Assembly: GCA_003345545.1 (NCBI GenBank)
Contig: PRDH01000017.1
Span: forward strand, 11,923 to 75,922
Direction: 5' to 3'
Length of the DNA stretch: 64,000 bases
From: Candidatus Thorarchaeota archaeon
GTDB lineage: Archaea > Asgardarchaeota > Thorarchaeia > Thorarchaeales > Thorarchaeaceae
The notes under the pieces: generated by a model
Database searches by the model: none
What the model was told of the DNA's origin: nothing
The model's input: only the letters and a program-made list of their open reading frames with translations
Translations under genes and position numbers: made by a program
In this document: positions 39,152 through 50,570 of the stretch, in pieces
Position numbering within the stretch: the stretch's first letter is position 1
How the letters are laid out: each line of letters begins with the position of its first letter

Positions 39152-41746
39152 CTAGTGCTTAGGAATGAGCAGTTCGAAGGTCGTCCTATTGTCGTTTCTC
39201 AATTGAATGTTCCATTTGTGGGCCTCGACAATTCGTCTGGCGATTGTCAGTCCGAATCCTTTTCCTGTTCTGCTGGTCGTAAAGCCCCTTTGAAAGAGCT
39301 TGGGCCGATACTTGCTCGGTATCTCTATGCCATCGTTAGAGACTGCGACGCAGTACATCCCTCCTCGCTCTGTCAGTTCGACACGTATGTGGTTTGGTTT
39401 GCCATGCTTGACTGCATTGTCAAATAGGTTTCTGAAGACCTGAGTGATCTTCATTTCGTCCGCCTTCACAACAGGCAGCGCATCCTGCGAGTATTCGATG
39501 CTCTCAGGTATGGTTGAGCTTGCCACGTTGCTCACCAATCTGCCAAGGTCCACATCGGTGAAATCCTCTTCAACAACGAGACCTGCATCTGCTAGCATCA
39601 CTGAGTGATCCAGCAGGTCGCCTGTATCCCGAATGATGCCGTGAAGACGTTCGAGATGCTTGAGATCCTTTTCATCCTCTGCAAGCTCAATGAAACCCAT
39701 CATATTATGGAAGATGCCTTTCAAGTCGTGGCTCATCGAATGTGCAAAATCACTCAGTTCCTCCCTCTGCTTCTCAAGCATTTCAACTGCCTCTTTCTGC
39801 TGCGTAATATCTGACATCACACCCTCAATGTAGCCTTCCTTTGATAGTCGATGCAGTGAGAATCTCATCCAGAGATGCTGCCCGTTTCTTCCAGTAACCT
39901 GCAACTCTGTCACGATGCGTTCCTCTTTCTTGAGTCGCTCCTTCAGATCCGCCCAATCTTTTGAACTCACCAATAGGTCCTTGAAGTGGCTCCATCCGTC
40001 GATGAGGCCTTGTCGGTTCTCAAAACCAAAGATCTTGCCAAAGTAGTCATTGCACTCAAGGATCATACTGTCTGAGATTCTTGCGCGAAACAGTCCGATA
40101 AGCGCATTGTTGTACAATTCCTTGTAGTTCTGTCTACTCTCAAGAAGTGCTTGCTCTGCAAGGTATGTATCGGTGACATTCTGAATATGAACGATGAATC
40201 CATGAAGTTCATCCTGCTTCCCATAGCGAAGTGGGGAAGCAACAGCATCGAGATACATGATCCCTGACTTGCTTGTCTTATACAGTCCGCTCTTCTTGAC
40301 TTTTGAGAAATCGAATCGTGTTTTCGTTCTGGCGGCCTCTCCCCTACGCAGTTTCTCTTTGATGAGTTGCGGCGTATTGGGATCCGCGAAGAGGTCAAAA
40401 CCAACGGCATCCTTCAAATCCTCCTGCCCAAAGAGCTGAAGGCTGGCTTTGTTTGCTCCAACCTGAATACCATTGGAGTCGAACAGCTCTATACAAATGG
40501 GCGACTCCTCGAAAATCGTCCTGAACATCTCTTCGTTGGCTCTTAGAGCAGCCTCTGTCCTACGACTTTTCGTCATATCTGTGACATGAAGGACGTACCC
40601 CTTCGTTTGACCGTCGGGGCCCTGAAGGACGGAGAGGACCACATCCATATAGATGACATCACTTCTTGATGTGTTCAGGATATTCCTTTCTCTTACATAC
40701 TTGAAATCCCATTTGTATTCGAACCGTTGCGTTTCTCTCTTCAGCACTCCTTCCAGCACTCTCTCTGGGAGTCTGGATTCCTTGAAGAGATCCAAACCCA
40801 AAAGCGACTCACGATCCTTCATGCCAAGCATTTCCACAGCAGCCTTGTTTGCGTCAATGAGCAGGCCCTCGGAATCGAAGATACCAATGGCAGCTGGGGA
40901 GTTTTCGAAGACTCCTTGCCACCATTCTTCCCTTTTCTTGAGTTCGACATTCGTGTGTTCTGTTATATCTTGAACAATGCCCATCATCCTGACTGCTCTG
41001 CCTTTATCATCGGATGTTACCTCTCCCTCTTCGTGAACATGACGGATAGATCCGTCCGGACGAACAATCCGATGGTCTATGCTATAGGGACTCCTCTTAT
41101 TCAATGCCTCGTCAACCGAATTCCTGACCAAGTCTCTATCGTCTGGGTGAACTGATTCTAGAAAAGCCTCGTATGTCGCTAGGAATTCCTGCGGTGCAAG
41201 GCCAAAGATACGATAGATCTCATCTGACCAGATCTCCTTGTTTTCGATAATATCCCAGACCCAGCTCCCCGAATGAGATATCCTCTGAGCCTCGGCAAGC
41301 CTAGCTTCACTTTCCCGAAGCTTCTGTTCTGACTCTTTCAGAGCTCTCTTTGTCCTGCGCTTCTCAACGGCCATGAGAATGTAATAGGACAACTCTGCAT
41401 AGAGCCCTTGGATGTTTGATTCGCTTTTTCTGAGGTAGTAGTCAGCTCCAAGATTGAGTGCTTGGATTGCGAACTCCTCCCTGCTCTTTCCGGTGAAGAT
41501 GATCAGCGGAATCTCATCACCGGACCTCCTCACGTGTTCGAGTATGTCCAATCCACTCCTAGTCTCTTCAGCAAGATCAATGTCGCACACAGCGGCATCG
41601 AAATTGCCTTCCTCAAGATGCTTGATGGCTTCAGCTGCGGTTTGGGCTGACACTATCTCAAAGTCTGGACTCTGCCGACGTAAGAACCGTTCACTGAGCT
41701 CAAGGTGAACTGAATCATCATCTACCATTAGAACACGAACAGCCAT
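39152..41746 (-). CDS. Hybrid sensor histidine kinase, REC-multi-PAS-HisKA-HATPase
   Basis: VDDD/CDID receiver; about 4 PAS domains; SHDLK, NLFDNAVKH and GKGFGL. Confidence 0.9.
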   Translation of the reverse strand: MAVRVLMVDDDSVHLELSERFLRRQSPDFEIVSAQTAAEAIKHLEEGNFDAAVCDIDLAEETRSGLDILEHVRRSGDEIPLIIFTGKSREEFAIQALNLGADYYLRKSESNIQGLYAELSYYILMAVEKRRTKRALKESEQKLRESEARLAEAQRISHSGSWVWDIIENKEIWSDEIYRIFGLAPQEFLATYEAFLESVHPDDRDLVRNSVDEALNKRSPYSIDHRIVRPDGSIRHVHEEGEVTSDDKGRAVRMMGIVQDITEHTNVELKKREEWWQGVFENSPAAIGIFDSEGLLIDANKAAVEMLGMKDRESLLGLDLFKESRLPERVLEGVLKRETQRFEYKWDFKYVRERNILNTSRSDVIYMDVVLSVLQGPDGQTKGYVLHVTDMTKSRRTEAALRANEEMFRTIFEESPICIELFDSNGIQVGANKASLQLFGQEDLKDAVGFDLFADPNTPQLIKEKLRRGEAARTKTRFDFSKVKKSGLYKTSKSGIMYLDAVASPLRYGKQDELHGFIVHIQNVTDTYLAEQALLESRQNYKELYNNALIGLFRARISDSMILECNDYFGKIFGFENRQGLIDGWSHFKDLLVSSKDWADLKERLKKEERIVTELQVTGRNGQHLWMRFSLHRLSKEGYIEGVMSDITQQKEAVEMLEKQREELSDFAHSMSHDLKGIFHNMMGFIELAEDEKDLKHLERLHGIIRDTGDLLDHSVMLADAGLVVEEDFTDVDLGRLVSNVASSTIPESIEYSQDALPVVKADEMKITQVFRNLFDNAVKHGKPNHIRVELTERGGMYCVAVSNDGIEIPSKYRPKLFQRGFTTSRTGKGFGLTIARRIVEAHKWNIQLRNDNRTTFELLIPKH

Positions 41747-41883
41747 TGGGTACTTGTCCCCCTAACAGACTGCTCATCTAGTGAGAAACACCTTATTACT
41801 CTTCACTTGAGAAAGCAAATTGATTCCGCCAAAGCTTAAATCCTTCTAGCTACTAACGGTGCTCATTAAGGGAGGTCCCAAAT

Positions 41884-43296
41884 TTGCATATTCCTATTCT
41901 CTCCACAATAGTAAGTGGTCTTGGTATTTTTCTTAGAACAAGAAGATACCTCGCCTACATGATTGTCTTTGTAGCCACCACGTTCTTTGCGCTGTTCGTT
42001 TCGTGGTTGATGTCAGTCACAATAGGCTCTCCAATTGAGAATACGCTGTTCTACTTCTTCGTCTATATTGGTTCCACAGGTACAATCTACTTTGCTCTTG
42101 GAACACTTTTCATGAGTCTAAGGCTGGATCGCCTCTGGATTACAAGGAGAGGTCGAGGAAGAGTCACAGAGCTCAAAGGAGTGGCCTGGATGGCAGTATC
42201 CTTCGCCATTACGGTCTTTCTGTCTATTCTGGCAGGCCCTCTTCCACTCATCCTCATTGCTATGTTTTGTTGGGTGGGTTGGATTGCTTTCCAAGCCTAT
42301 CTATCTACAAGAACCAGTCTCAGAGTCGCCACTATTGCTGAGCCCAAGAAGGGAGGTATTTTGATTGGCATAGGCAGTTTCATCATACTGTTGATTGGGC
42401 TTGGTCTCATTGCTGTCGAAGCAGTCGCTGCACTTTGGCTGATACCAAACGACGTGTTCGGCTTAGGCACGATAGTGCAGGGTATTCCAATGCTGAGTCA
42501 AGCAATGGCTAATCTTCAGTTGCAGTCAACCTTCTTACTCCTAGCATATGCCGCTATGGGTCTCTTCGCAGTGATAATGCTGCTTGCGTTTCTAAGATAC
42601 TCAGGAAGAGGAGCTGCACCGAACATCGCGATTCTAACTGTATTCATTGCAATCTACGCTGGCTACTTCCTCTTCAATGTAATGAGAAGAGCAGAGGTCA
42701 GTGGGATGGGTCTAGTCGATATTTTCATGTCACTCTTCTTCCTAGCATATGCGATGAGTGGAATCGGTCGTACGGTGACGGACTCACTTGAGGAGTCTAG
42801 GGCGCGTACGGGTGATTTGGGTCCCCTCCTGACATTCTTCTTAGCTGGCGGATTCTTCTTTGTAGACAGTATCATTAGCGTATCTGCAAATCCTTTGTCT
42901 CTAGTATTCACTGAATGGTTTGCTACAGGTACGGTGATTCAAACCAGTCCCTTCTTCTTGTTCCTATTTCGAGATGTTGCCAAGCTTATTGCATTCCCAT
43001 TGACTGCAATCTTCACAGCTTTGTATTATCTTACTCATGAACGCACTGAGCGCATTGTTGAGCGCGCCAAGGAATCAGGCGAGACCTTCGAGCCCGGCAA
43101 GGTTGACAAGGACTTGGCCGAGCGAGCTCCAGCACCTGGCAAAGCTTGGCCCAGCGAGAGAGCCGAGGGCATCGAGAAAGGAAAACCCGGCCATGACCTT
43201 TCAGCACCTGATCCCAATCGCTTCACAGCTGAAAGCAGTCGCAGACTCGGCAAGGTCAAGCGATACGGCGAAGACGATGAAGATAAGGAGAAATAG
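41884..43296 (+). CDS. Polytopic membrane protein with a charged C-terminal tail
   Basis: About 10 hydrophobic segments; GGAGG RBS; AAAG-CTTAAA promoter-like box at 41831-41840. Confidence 0.75.
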   Translation: MHIPILSTIVSGLGIFLRTRRYLAYMIVFVATTFFALFVSWLMSVTIGSPIENTLFYFFVYIGSTGTIYFALGTLFMSLRLDRLWITRRGRGRVTELKGVAWMAVSFAITVFLSILAGPLPLILIAMFCWVGWIAFQAYLSTRTSLRVATIAEPKKGGILIGIGSFIILLIGLGLIAVEAVAALWLIPNDVFGLGTIVQGIPMLSQAMANLQLQSTFLLLAYAAMGLFAVIMLLAFLRYSGRGAAPNIAILTVFIAIYAGYFLFNVMRRAEVSGMGLVDIFMSLFFLAYAMSGIGRTVTDSLEESRARTGDLGPLLTFFLAGGFFFVDSIISVSANPLSLVFTEWFATGTVIQTSPFFLFLFRDVAKLIAFPLTAIFTALYYLTHERTERIVERAKESGETFEPGKVDKDLAERAPAPGKAWPSERAEGIEKGKPGHDLSAPDPNRFTAESSRRLGKVKRYGEDDEDKEK

Positions 43297-43468
43297 ACTA
43301 CCAAGCATAGGGGGTCTGACGCGACCCTCGTTTCTATTTCTTGAAACAATCTCGTCAGTGAGATGAGGCACCTATCGTCTGACAGCTGTGCCAATCAAGA
43401 AGTGAATCAATCAGAAGATTATCATGGGCCATAGGTTGATAAGAAGGGTAACTTTACCGCTAGCCAGT

Positions 43469-43573
43469 CTATGCTACCATGGCAAAGAGAAGCAGAATGG
43501 TGACAATGACACCTGCGATGACGCAATTCACACAAGCGCCTTCTTCAATCTCTCTTTTGTCGCGTTTGCTCAT
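43469..43573 (-). CDS. 34-aa CxxC single-TM microprotein (not in the ORF track)
   Basis: MSKRDKREIEEGACVNCVIAGVIVTILLLFAMVA*; AGGAG RBS about 10 nt upstream; TTTTTAAC box further upstream. Confidence 0.6.
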   Translation of the reverse strand: MSKRDKREIEEGACVNCVIAGVIVTILLLFAMVA

Positions 43574-43672
43574 TTTTCGTGACTCCTGAATTTCATCTTT
43601 GTCATCTTCGTTCAATGGCTTGCCACCTCAGACGTCTTCAACGCGCACCGTTAAAAACGTACGTTTTCATTC

Positions 43673-44167
43673 TTACTTCAGATCAATCTCCATCTCTATC
43701 TCATCGCGAATGGGTATTCCATACTTTCCTACAAATGGCAATTGGGGTTTCAGTTTCCTTGATTCTTCGGCTGCATATCTATGAACTGCAGCAATCTCAA
43801 ACCCTCTCTTCTGGTAGAATCGAATCGCATCGACATTGTCATTCGTTGTGATTAGCCAAAGACGTCGACATCTGTTCTTTCTCGCGATAGCCACTGCCTC
43901 ATTCAAAAGCGCAGTCCCAACGCCTTTGTCTTCGTCAAGAGCATTCATCGTGACGATTTCAAGTTCATGATTCTTTATCTTGTAAGTGAGTAGTCCTACT
44001 CTCTTTCCATCAATCTCCGCTATGATGCTTGGAAGCCGATCTGCTTCGTATGAAATGCCTCTGGTTACCACAATACTAGACGCCCAGTTGTCAAGGAGAA
44101 CCTCAACTATCCACTCTCTGTCACTCTCAGTTGATTGCCGAATTGAGGAAGGCATGGTCCCTCTCAC
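43673..44167 (-). CDS. GNAT acetyltransferase
   Basis: KGVGTALL and LITTNDNVDAIRFYQKRGF. Confidence 0.9.
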   Translation of the reverse strand: MRGTMPSSIRQSTESDREWIVEVLLDNWASSIVVTRGISYEADRLPSIIAEIDGKRVGLLTYKIKNHELEIVTMNALDEDKGVGTALLNEAVAIARKNRCRRLWLITTNDNVDAIRFYQKRGFEIAAVHRYAAEESRKLKPQLPFVGKYGIPIRDEIEMEIDLK

Positions 44168-44302
44168 ATCCTAATGGATAACTGCGAACCCATTTTCGAA
44201 GTTCTCAAAAAACGTTCCGGCTCCAAATGGTTTATGACTCATTGCGATATATAGAACACCTGTACTCCTTAGGAGGTATCTCCCATCTACAACTATGCTG
44301 AA

Positions 44303-44782
44303 GTGACCATCCGGCGTGCTAATCTATGCGAAGTTGATACCATAAAGGAGATAATTACCGAGGCTTACGAACCCATCAGGAAGCAGCTTTCACGAATGCC
44401 CGGCGCGCTCCAGGAGGGCTTAGCCAAGATTTCGCGTCATATACAGATGGGCGACCAGTATGTTGCATTGATTGGTGACCAAGTCATAGGCACGATGAGG
44501 GCCAGAATTGCAGGAAATGTGGGCGTCATCTCGAGAGTTGCAGTTCGAAGCAGTTTCCGAGGGCGACGAATTGGTTCGATGCTCGTAGAGTATGCAGAGA
44601 ATCTCATGTCTCATATGGGTGCATCAGTAATTGAGATAGAAGTATATGGGGCAGTTGAAACGCAACTCTCTTTCTATGAGAAGATAGGGTATCACGAAAC
44701 AGGTCGTTTGATGCGCCTGGGAGAAGAGATAGTAGTGATGCAGAAGGAGCTCGTAGAATCGCCAATGGAAGATGAGGACTAG
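44303..44782 (+). CDS. GNAT acetyltransferase
   Basis: VAVRSSFRGRRIG and FYEKIGY. Confidence 0.85.
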   Translation: MTIRRANLCEVDTIKEIITEAYEPIRKQLSRMPGALQEGLAKISRHIQMGDQYVALIGDQVIGTMRARIAGNVGVISRVAVRSSFRGRRIGSMLVEYAENLMSHMGASVIEIEVYGAVETQLSFYEKIGYHETGRLMRLGEEIVVMQKELVESPMEDED

Positions 44783-45861
44783 GGGATGATTTCGCAGCCA
44801 TTGTTATACCTTGGATAATCGAAGTCCTCGATGGCGATGTGCCCTTCGTCAATGAGTTTCTTGATCTCAGGAACGCGCGCTCTAATCGTGGAGATCAGGT
44901 GTTTCACGGTCTCACAGATTTTATAGAGTCCTTCCACGCCCCAGAGTCTTTCTCTGTTGGCAAAGAGACACCTGCCACCACAGACGCCATACTCCTCACA
45001 GGATGGGCAGGGCTCGCTGACTTTCATGATGGCACGTATGTCACTTGGCTTTGTTTCCCTGATATTCCCCACAATCGTAGATTCCCAGTCTGGAGAGATA
45101 GGGCAAACACCAATGCTTCCATTAGCATGGATAGCGAATGTATCAATTCCGGAGCCGCACCTCAAATGCGAGGTTTTCCCTGTGAGCATTGTATACGCGA
45201 GTGGCAAAAATGGGACGATTCCCTCAACTATTCCTTCATCCATCTTGGCCACCCACTCTGCAACCAATCTTGTAATTCCCGGATTGTAATAGTTCGCAAC
45301 CCAGCTATTGAAATCACTCCAGTTATTCTCGGCATCCCATACAACATTGAGTTGCCAGTGGACATGGTCAAACGATGGATTCCTGAGACCCATCAAGTGA
45401 TTGACGTCTCGGTAGATATCCGATTGTTGTGATACTGTCATTCTAGCTATGGTGTCGCCCCGAAATCCGATTTTGTCAAGCCACCGTACATTCTGCAATA
45501 CTTGCTGATAGACGCCTTTTGACCGGTATTCATCCGTAACAGCTTCTGTTCCGTCAATCGATACCAGGATCGTATGAAGTCGCTCGACATAATCTGGTGG
45601 AATCTGATTTAGGCGCAGTGCATTTGTTTGAAGCGTGAAACGTGCATCCGGTAACCTGTCCATCAGCTTGCAGATGAGGGGAATCCGAATCGTTGGTTCT
45701 CCTCCATAGAGCATTAACTGGACATTATCATCTTTTTCAAGGAACTCAGCCAGCTCGTCCAGCGAGTAATGCAATTCTGTTTCGGGCCCCCTCTCCTCAC
45801 CCCCATGGCAGTAGCAGCAGTTCAAGTTGCATCTTCTTGTCAAGATGATGTGATAGTTCAA
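44779..45861 (-). CDS. Radical SAM/SPASM protein (AF0577-like)
   Basis: CNLNCCYC, YGGEP, QTN and SIDG; SPASM cysteines CGSG..CP..CPSC..CGGRC..C; TTG 45861 preferred start. Confidence 0.85.
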   Translation of the reverse strand: MNYHIILTRRCNLNCCYCHGGEERGPETELHYSLDELAEFLEKDDNVQLMLYGGEPTIRIPLICKLMDRLPDARFTLQTNALRLNQIPPDYVERLHTILVSIDGTEAVTDEYRSKGVYQQVLQNVRWLDKIGFRGDTIARMTVSQQSDIYRDVNHLMGLRNPSFDHVHWQLNVVWDAENNWSDFNSWVANYYNPGITRLVAEWVAKMDEGIVEGIVPFLPLAYTMLTGKTSHLRCGSGIDTFAIHANGSIGVCPISPDWESTIVGNIRETKPSDIRAIMKVSEPCPSCEEYGVCGGRCLFANRERLWGVEGLYKICETVKHLISTIRARVPEIKKLIDEGHIAIEDFDYPRYNNGCEIIP

Positions 45862-46122
45862 AGGTGGCCTGCTCCATGTTTCAGTGCGGCAGTCTTGTGT
45901 GTTCGCGTAAATAAAGAGAACTAGCGCGGCAAATGCGGTTCTCTGCTTCAGGACATACGTCTGCCTCACTCCACATTTGTGATGCAGAGATATGGTTTCA
46001 GTTCTAACGGGACCATCGTTCTTACATCTGAACTTTTTCTTTTCGGCACGAATAGGACATTCGGTGTGCTATCGACAAGCTTATGATTGCTCCGATACCA
46101 GTTCGCAACGGAGGTCCCACCA

Positions 46123-47607
46123 TTGAGGAAATTGCCAGCTCTCATCCTTGTTGCGGCTCTGATTATGCTTTTCCCTGTTTCCGCAGGCACGGACACTATG
46201 CCGATCTCGACTGAGCCCTCTTACTCCACGTCTGCTGAAGGCATGCTGCCTGCCAAATCATATGTCTGGCAGGAAATAAACGGCCTCTGTGCATGGGCTG
46301 CTATTGCAATAGCTATGGAATATGCTGGTGTTGATTTGAACCTATACGATGTTCTTGCAGCAACATCAGTTGGTTTTTCTTTTGCATATTTCCACATCAA
46401 TGATACAATATTGATGTTCCCTGGACCCTTGTACACGCAAGCTGAACCCGCGAAGTTCCTTGCCGACTTATATGAAGTCAACTTTACTGTCTACCTAGGC
46501 AGTGAGGTGCCCTACCTCGATGAAAACGTCCAGGTCTGGGAAAGTGAAGGTCTTACAGTTGGAGTGATCAATGGTGAGGATGAAGCCTTTGATCTGATGA
46601 GAAAGACTATCGACTCAGGTTTTCCGTTGCTAGTGAGCGTGGACCCAACATGGCTTCCTGCATCGGATTATGATATCCTGAGAGAGGCAGATTTGACTGG
46701 CGGCGGTCACGGAGTTCTCATCGTAGGATACAATGACACGTCGGGTATTGCCACGATTATAGACCCCGGTGTTGGTTCTTTCGGGGATGATTTCGGGTAT
46801 CCAGAGGATGGGCGCGGTAACTACACCGAAATTACATACACTGCACTGAACAGTGCCTGGTCCAATCGGTATTACATTTCGAATACGTTCTTTCCCATCG
46901 GAGAAGCCGCTTCAAGCATTGATGATCAACTGGGCCCTCTCATTCGTGACAAACTGCTTGGTGTTGGAACGATTTACTCGCCACTCAGTGCAAATGCGTA
47001 TTATGGGAAATTCGGAGAAGTCGCATTCCGAACCATGAGTACCGACATAACAGCTGCAGGGCTCAAATCCTACCTTAGTGTTTTTGATGGCATTGCAGAT
47101 GAACAATTCTTCAAAGCGGCAGTCATCATGATCATCGGACTTGGCCTTGAGGCTCAGGTCACGTTGCAGTATCTATCCTATAGAACTGCTCTGGCTAGTC
47201 TACCTGCGTTGATGGCAGAGACTGATTTATCTGATTTCGTTGAAGCGGGGAGACGGGCTCTTCCTTACTTTGACCAACTTGATGACAATTCGACTCTTGT
47301 GTACCCAGCGAATATAACTAGAGCTACAGGATATGTAGCGACCACTTTCAAGGCTATTGCTGAGGCGTACAACTCCACCGGTGATATTGACGGAGCATTT
47401 GCTCCCTATGAGTCGGATCTGAACAATATGTCGGAAGCTCTCCTTGGCATCGCTGATTCTTGGCGCGATGCTGGCGAAGCGCTTGCAGTAATCTGGCCGA
47501 ACGATATGCTTACTCAGTATGGCCCCGTGATCGCATTTGCGGGCGGTGGAGTCGTGGTGGCAATTACCCTGCTACTCTGGTGGATCAGGAAAAAACCCTC
47601 TCAGTAG
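46123..47607 (+). CDS. Secreted, membrane-anchored papain-like (C39/BtrH-like) cysteine peptidase
   Basis: Signal peptide; Q..GLCAWA (Cys), GHGVLIVGY (His), IIDP (Asp); C-terminal TM followed by RKK; GGAGG RBS. Confidence 0.75.
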   Translation: MRKLPALILVAALIMLFPVSAGTDTMPISTEPSYSTSAEGMLPAKSYVWQEINGLCAWAAIAIAMEYAGVDLNLYDVLAATSVGFSFAYFHINDTILMFPGPLYTQAEPAKFLADLYEVNFTVYLGSEVPYLDENVQVWESEGLTVGVINGEDEAFDLMRKTIDSGFPLLVSVDPTWLPASDYDILREADLTGGGHGVLIVGYNDTSGIATIIDPGVGSFGDDFGYPEDGRGNYTEITYTALNSAWSNRYYISNTFFPIGEAASSIDDQLGPLIRDKLLGVGTIYSPLSANAYYGKFGEVAFRTMSTDITAAGLKSYLSVFDGIADEQFFKAAVIMIIGLGLEAQVTLQYLSYRTALASLPALMAETDLSDFVEAGRRALPYFDQLDDNSTLVYPANITRATGYVATTFKAIAEAYNSTGDIDGAFAPYESDLNNMSEALLGIADSWRDAGEALAVIWPNDMLTQYGPVIAFAGGGVVVAITLLLWWIRKKPSQ

Positions 47608-47623
47608 AGCGTGGTTGAGACAC

Positions 47624-49726
47624 TCAGTCTTCGCCCAGAAGCTCAAGCATCTGCTCTATTGTGTTGGTCGGAAGCTTGCAGCTAGAATCCACACAGACGT
47701 GTGCAGTGGCTCTTCCCCGCAGAGGCGAATGGAACTGTGTGAAAGGAGCGAGTCTTGTTAATGCCTTTGCCTGTATCTCTGTACCTCTGAGGAGAGTGAC
47801 TTCTCTCGGCAGAAACCTCTGCCTTAACGCACGAATCATTGACTGAGTATCTTCACTCTCGGGGTTTCCTGCTATGACTATCTCGAATGACGGCCCCAAG
47901 ATGAAGTCGAGGGCAACCAACATCATCGAATGGGCTGAATGCGTTTGACTAATCTCGTTGGAGAAGGCTTTGCCAATTGCATTGGCGTGCTCTTCGAACT
48001 CATCATCACCGAGCAGTTTCGCCAGTCTGACCAGGTTCAGCATAGCAATGGAGTTACCAGAGGGCATTGCTCCGTCATATGCCTCCTTCCTTCTCGTAAG
48101 CAATTCCTCTGAGTAGGAGCCCGTGAAGAACAGACCTCCATTCTTGGTGTCCCAGAAATACCTCAGCATGTCTTTACTGAGTTCCCTCGCTTGTTCCAGA
48201 TACATCGGATTGAACGTTGCCTCATACATGTCCAGAAGTCCCATTATTAGGTAGGCATAGTCGTCGAGGAATGCTCTGTAAGCGACTTCGCCATGAGCGT
48301 ATCTGTGATACAGCTCCTTCCTGTTGAGAAGGGTTTGCAGCAGGAATGTCAATGCGTGTTCCGCTGTACTCACCATTTTGGCGTCATTCAGAGCTGCTCC
48401 CGCCTTTGCTAGTGCGGAAATCATGTATCCATTCCAATCTGTCAATACCTTTTCGTCCCTGTGTGGTCGAATCCTCTTCTCACGGACGTCGAAGAGCTTC
48501 TGCCTTCCTCTCTCAAGAAGCGTCTTTGTTGTCTTAGAGCCAGGGCTTGGCGATTCGGCAAGCTCACCTGACCTGCTGGTGACGTGGAGAATATTCAGAC
48601 CGGTTTTCTCTCTCGTAGCCTCTTCCGTGAAGTTGCCCTCTGGCTTGACATTGTAGTATCTGAAAAAGACAGCGCTTTCTTCCTCGGTCAGGATGCTCTT
48701 AATCTCATACTGTGACCAGACGTAGAACTTGCCCTCAACGCCCTCGCTATCAGCATCTTCGGCTGAGTAGAACGCTCCTTCGGGACTCATCAAATCACGA
48801 GTGACATACTCATGGATTTCTCTGACTACCTTTGCGAAGAAGGGATTCTTCGAGGCTTGATACGCTTCCGTATAAGCAGTCATGAGACTTGCCTGATCAT
48901 ATAGCATCTTCTCAAAATGAGGAAGTAACCAATGCGAATCAGTTGAGTACCTGTGAAACCCATAGCCTATCTGGTCAAAGATGCCACCTTTCTTCATCTC
49001 TGTGAGTGTCTTCTCGACCATGTGAAGTGCCCGTGCATCACCTGTTCTCTTCCAGTAACGCAGTAATAGCAGTAGATTGTGAGGCGAGGGGAATTTTGGA
49101 GCGTTGCCGAATCCCCCATGTTTGTCATCGAATCTTTGCGACATTTCTGTGAATGTCGCCATGATATCATTCTCTGAAAGATCAGAGTTGCCCTTCTGGG
49201 CAGATGTATCTTGAAGCGCGTTTTCTATTCTCTTAGTCACTTCATCAATATTATTTCTATCCTCATTCCAGAGTTCAGCAATCCGTGGAATAAGGTCGAG
49301 CAGTCCGATTGTATTGTAACGGGTGGTCTTTGGAATATATGTCCCGGCAAAGAATGGCTTTTTGTCTGGAGTCATGATAATGGTCAAGGGCCAGCCACCG
49401 CGACCTGTCATCATCTGAGCTATTTGCATATATACACCATCAATATCTGGTCGTTCCTCACGGTCCACTTTGATATTGACGAATGTGCGATTCATAAGTT
49501 CCGCAACCTTCTCGTCCTCAAAGGACTCATGGGCCATGACATGACACCAATGGCAGGTGCTATACCCAACTGAGAGAAAGACTGGCTTCTGCTCGCTCCT
49601 AGCCTTCTCGAATGCCTCATCACTCCATGCATACCAATCTACGGGATTTTCTGCATGCTGCAATAGATATGGACTCCTCTCGCCAGCCAGTCTATTCCTC
49701 TCACGGTTCTTTTCGGGTGATGTCAT
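47624..49726 (-). CDS. YyaL/SSP411 thioredoxin-domain glycosidase-like protein
   Basis: [33 protein letters not shown] and SAEDADS. Confidence 0.95.
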   Translation of the reverse strand: MTSPEKNRERNRLAGERSPYLLQHAENPVDWYAWSDEAFEKARSEQKPVFLSVGYSTCHWCHVMAHESFEDEKVAELMNRTFVNIKVDREERPDIDGVYMQIAQMMTGRGGWPLTIIMTPDKKPFFAGTYIPKTTRYNTIGLLDLIPRIAELWNEDRNNIDEVTKRIENALQDTSAQKGNSDLSENDIMATFTEMSQRFDDKHGGFGNAPKFPSPHNLLLLLRYWKRTGDARALHMVEKTLTEMKKGGIFDQIGYGFHRYSTDSHWLLPHFEKMLYDQASLMTAYTEAYQASKNPFFAKVVREIHEYVTRDLMSPEGAFYSAEDADSEGVEGKFYVWSQYEIKSILTEEESAVFFRYYNVKPEGNFTEEATREKTGLNILHVTSRSGELAESPSPGSKTTKTLLERGRQKLFDVREKRIRPHRDEKVLTDWNGYMISALAKAGAALNDAKMVSTAEHALTFLLQTLLNRKELYHRYAHGEVAYRAFLDDYAYLIMGLLDMYEATFNPMYLEQARELSKDMLRYFWDTKNGGLFFTGSYSEELLTRRKEAYDGAMPSGNSIAMLNLVRLAKLLGDDEFEEHANAIGKAFSNEISQTHSAHSMMLVALDFILGPSFEIVIAGNPESEDTQSMIRALRQRFLPREVTLLRGTEIQAKALTRLAPFTQFHSPLRGRATAHVCVDSSCKLPTNTIEQMLELLGED

Positions 49727-49825
49727 TATCTGTCGTACTATGCAAAAACAGAGACGCTATTAACTATTGTTATGCATAAAGAGCCCATACGCGAAAACGA
49801 ATTCTTATGAAGGCTCGATATACCA

Positions 49826-50515
49826 GTGAAATGGGTGTGGTTAGTGGATAGTGATGAGCATCAACAGACAACGAGCAAAGACAGTTTTGGGTTGCTGAAA
49901 TCAAGAATCACGAGTGCAGCAGCACTTCTACTCCCTTTGCTTGCATCAATACCTCCTCTCGGTGTATGGGGCGGCTTGATGACAATTCCATTCTTGATGT
50001 ATCTGCTGCTCATGATTGGGAGTCTTGGTAGTGTTGTACTCGAACCATTAGACATTTTCAACATAGCCGGATATTCAATCGGAATAATCCTCTTGCTCTA
50101 TTCCATAGCTTATCTCTGGAAAAAGAAGGCAACAGGGCTAGTCACTACTGGTCCCTACAGCATTGTACGTCACCCTCAGTACTTCTCAATAATAGTCTTC
50201 ACAGCAGTTATGACTTATCAGAGCGTGTGGATACTTCAGCACACCTTTGGCTTTGGGTGGCTGTCAGTCGAACAGACCAAAATCATGTGGTATATTATGC
50301 TATTCGCGTATGTGGTAATCGCGGATATTGAAGAGAAGCATCTGGAGAAAGTCTATGGGTATGAGTGGATTGATTACAGGAACAAGGTAGGTTTCTTGAT
50401 TCCTTTCGTCAGATTCCGGTCGGGAGTTGGATTCCGATTGCGATTTCTAGAAGAGCTAGTCTGCATGCTAATTCCGATTGTTGCTCTGGATGCGCTTCTC
50501 TATTTGACTGCCTAG
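49826..50515 (+). CDS. ICMT/PEMT-family membrane methyltransferase
   Basis: LVTTGPYSIVRHPQY and EEKHL. Confidence 0.75.
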   Translation: MKWVWLVDSDEHQQTTSKDSFGLLKSRITSAAALLLPLLASIPPLGVWGGLMTIPFLMYLLLMIGSLGSVVLEPLDIFNIAGYSIGIILLLYSIAYLWKKKATGLVTTGPYSIVRHPQYFSIIVFTAVMTYQSVWILQHTFGFGWLSVEQTKIMWYIMLFAYVVIADIEEKHLEKVYGYEWIDYRNKVGFLIPFVRFRSGVGFRLRFLEELVCMLIPIVALDALLYLTA

Positions 50516-50570
50516 AAGCTGCAGGAAGGCAGCGACAGACTCATAACGCGCTTTCGCGCTCCATCATCTG

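Noticed and set aside
44839-45432. Long antisense ORFs (e.g. 44839-45432, 23236-23769, 5554-6015)
   Set aside because: They are shadows of well-supported genes on the opposite strand.
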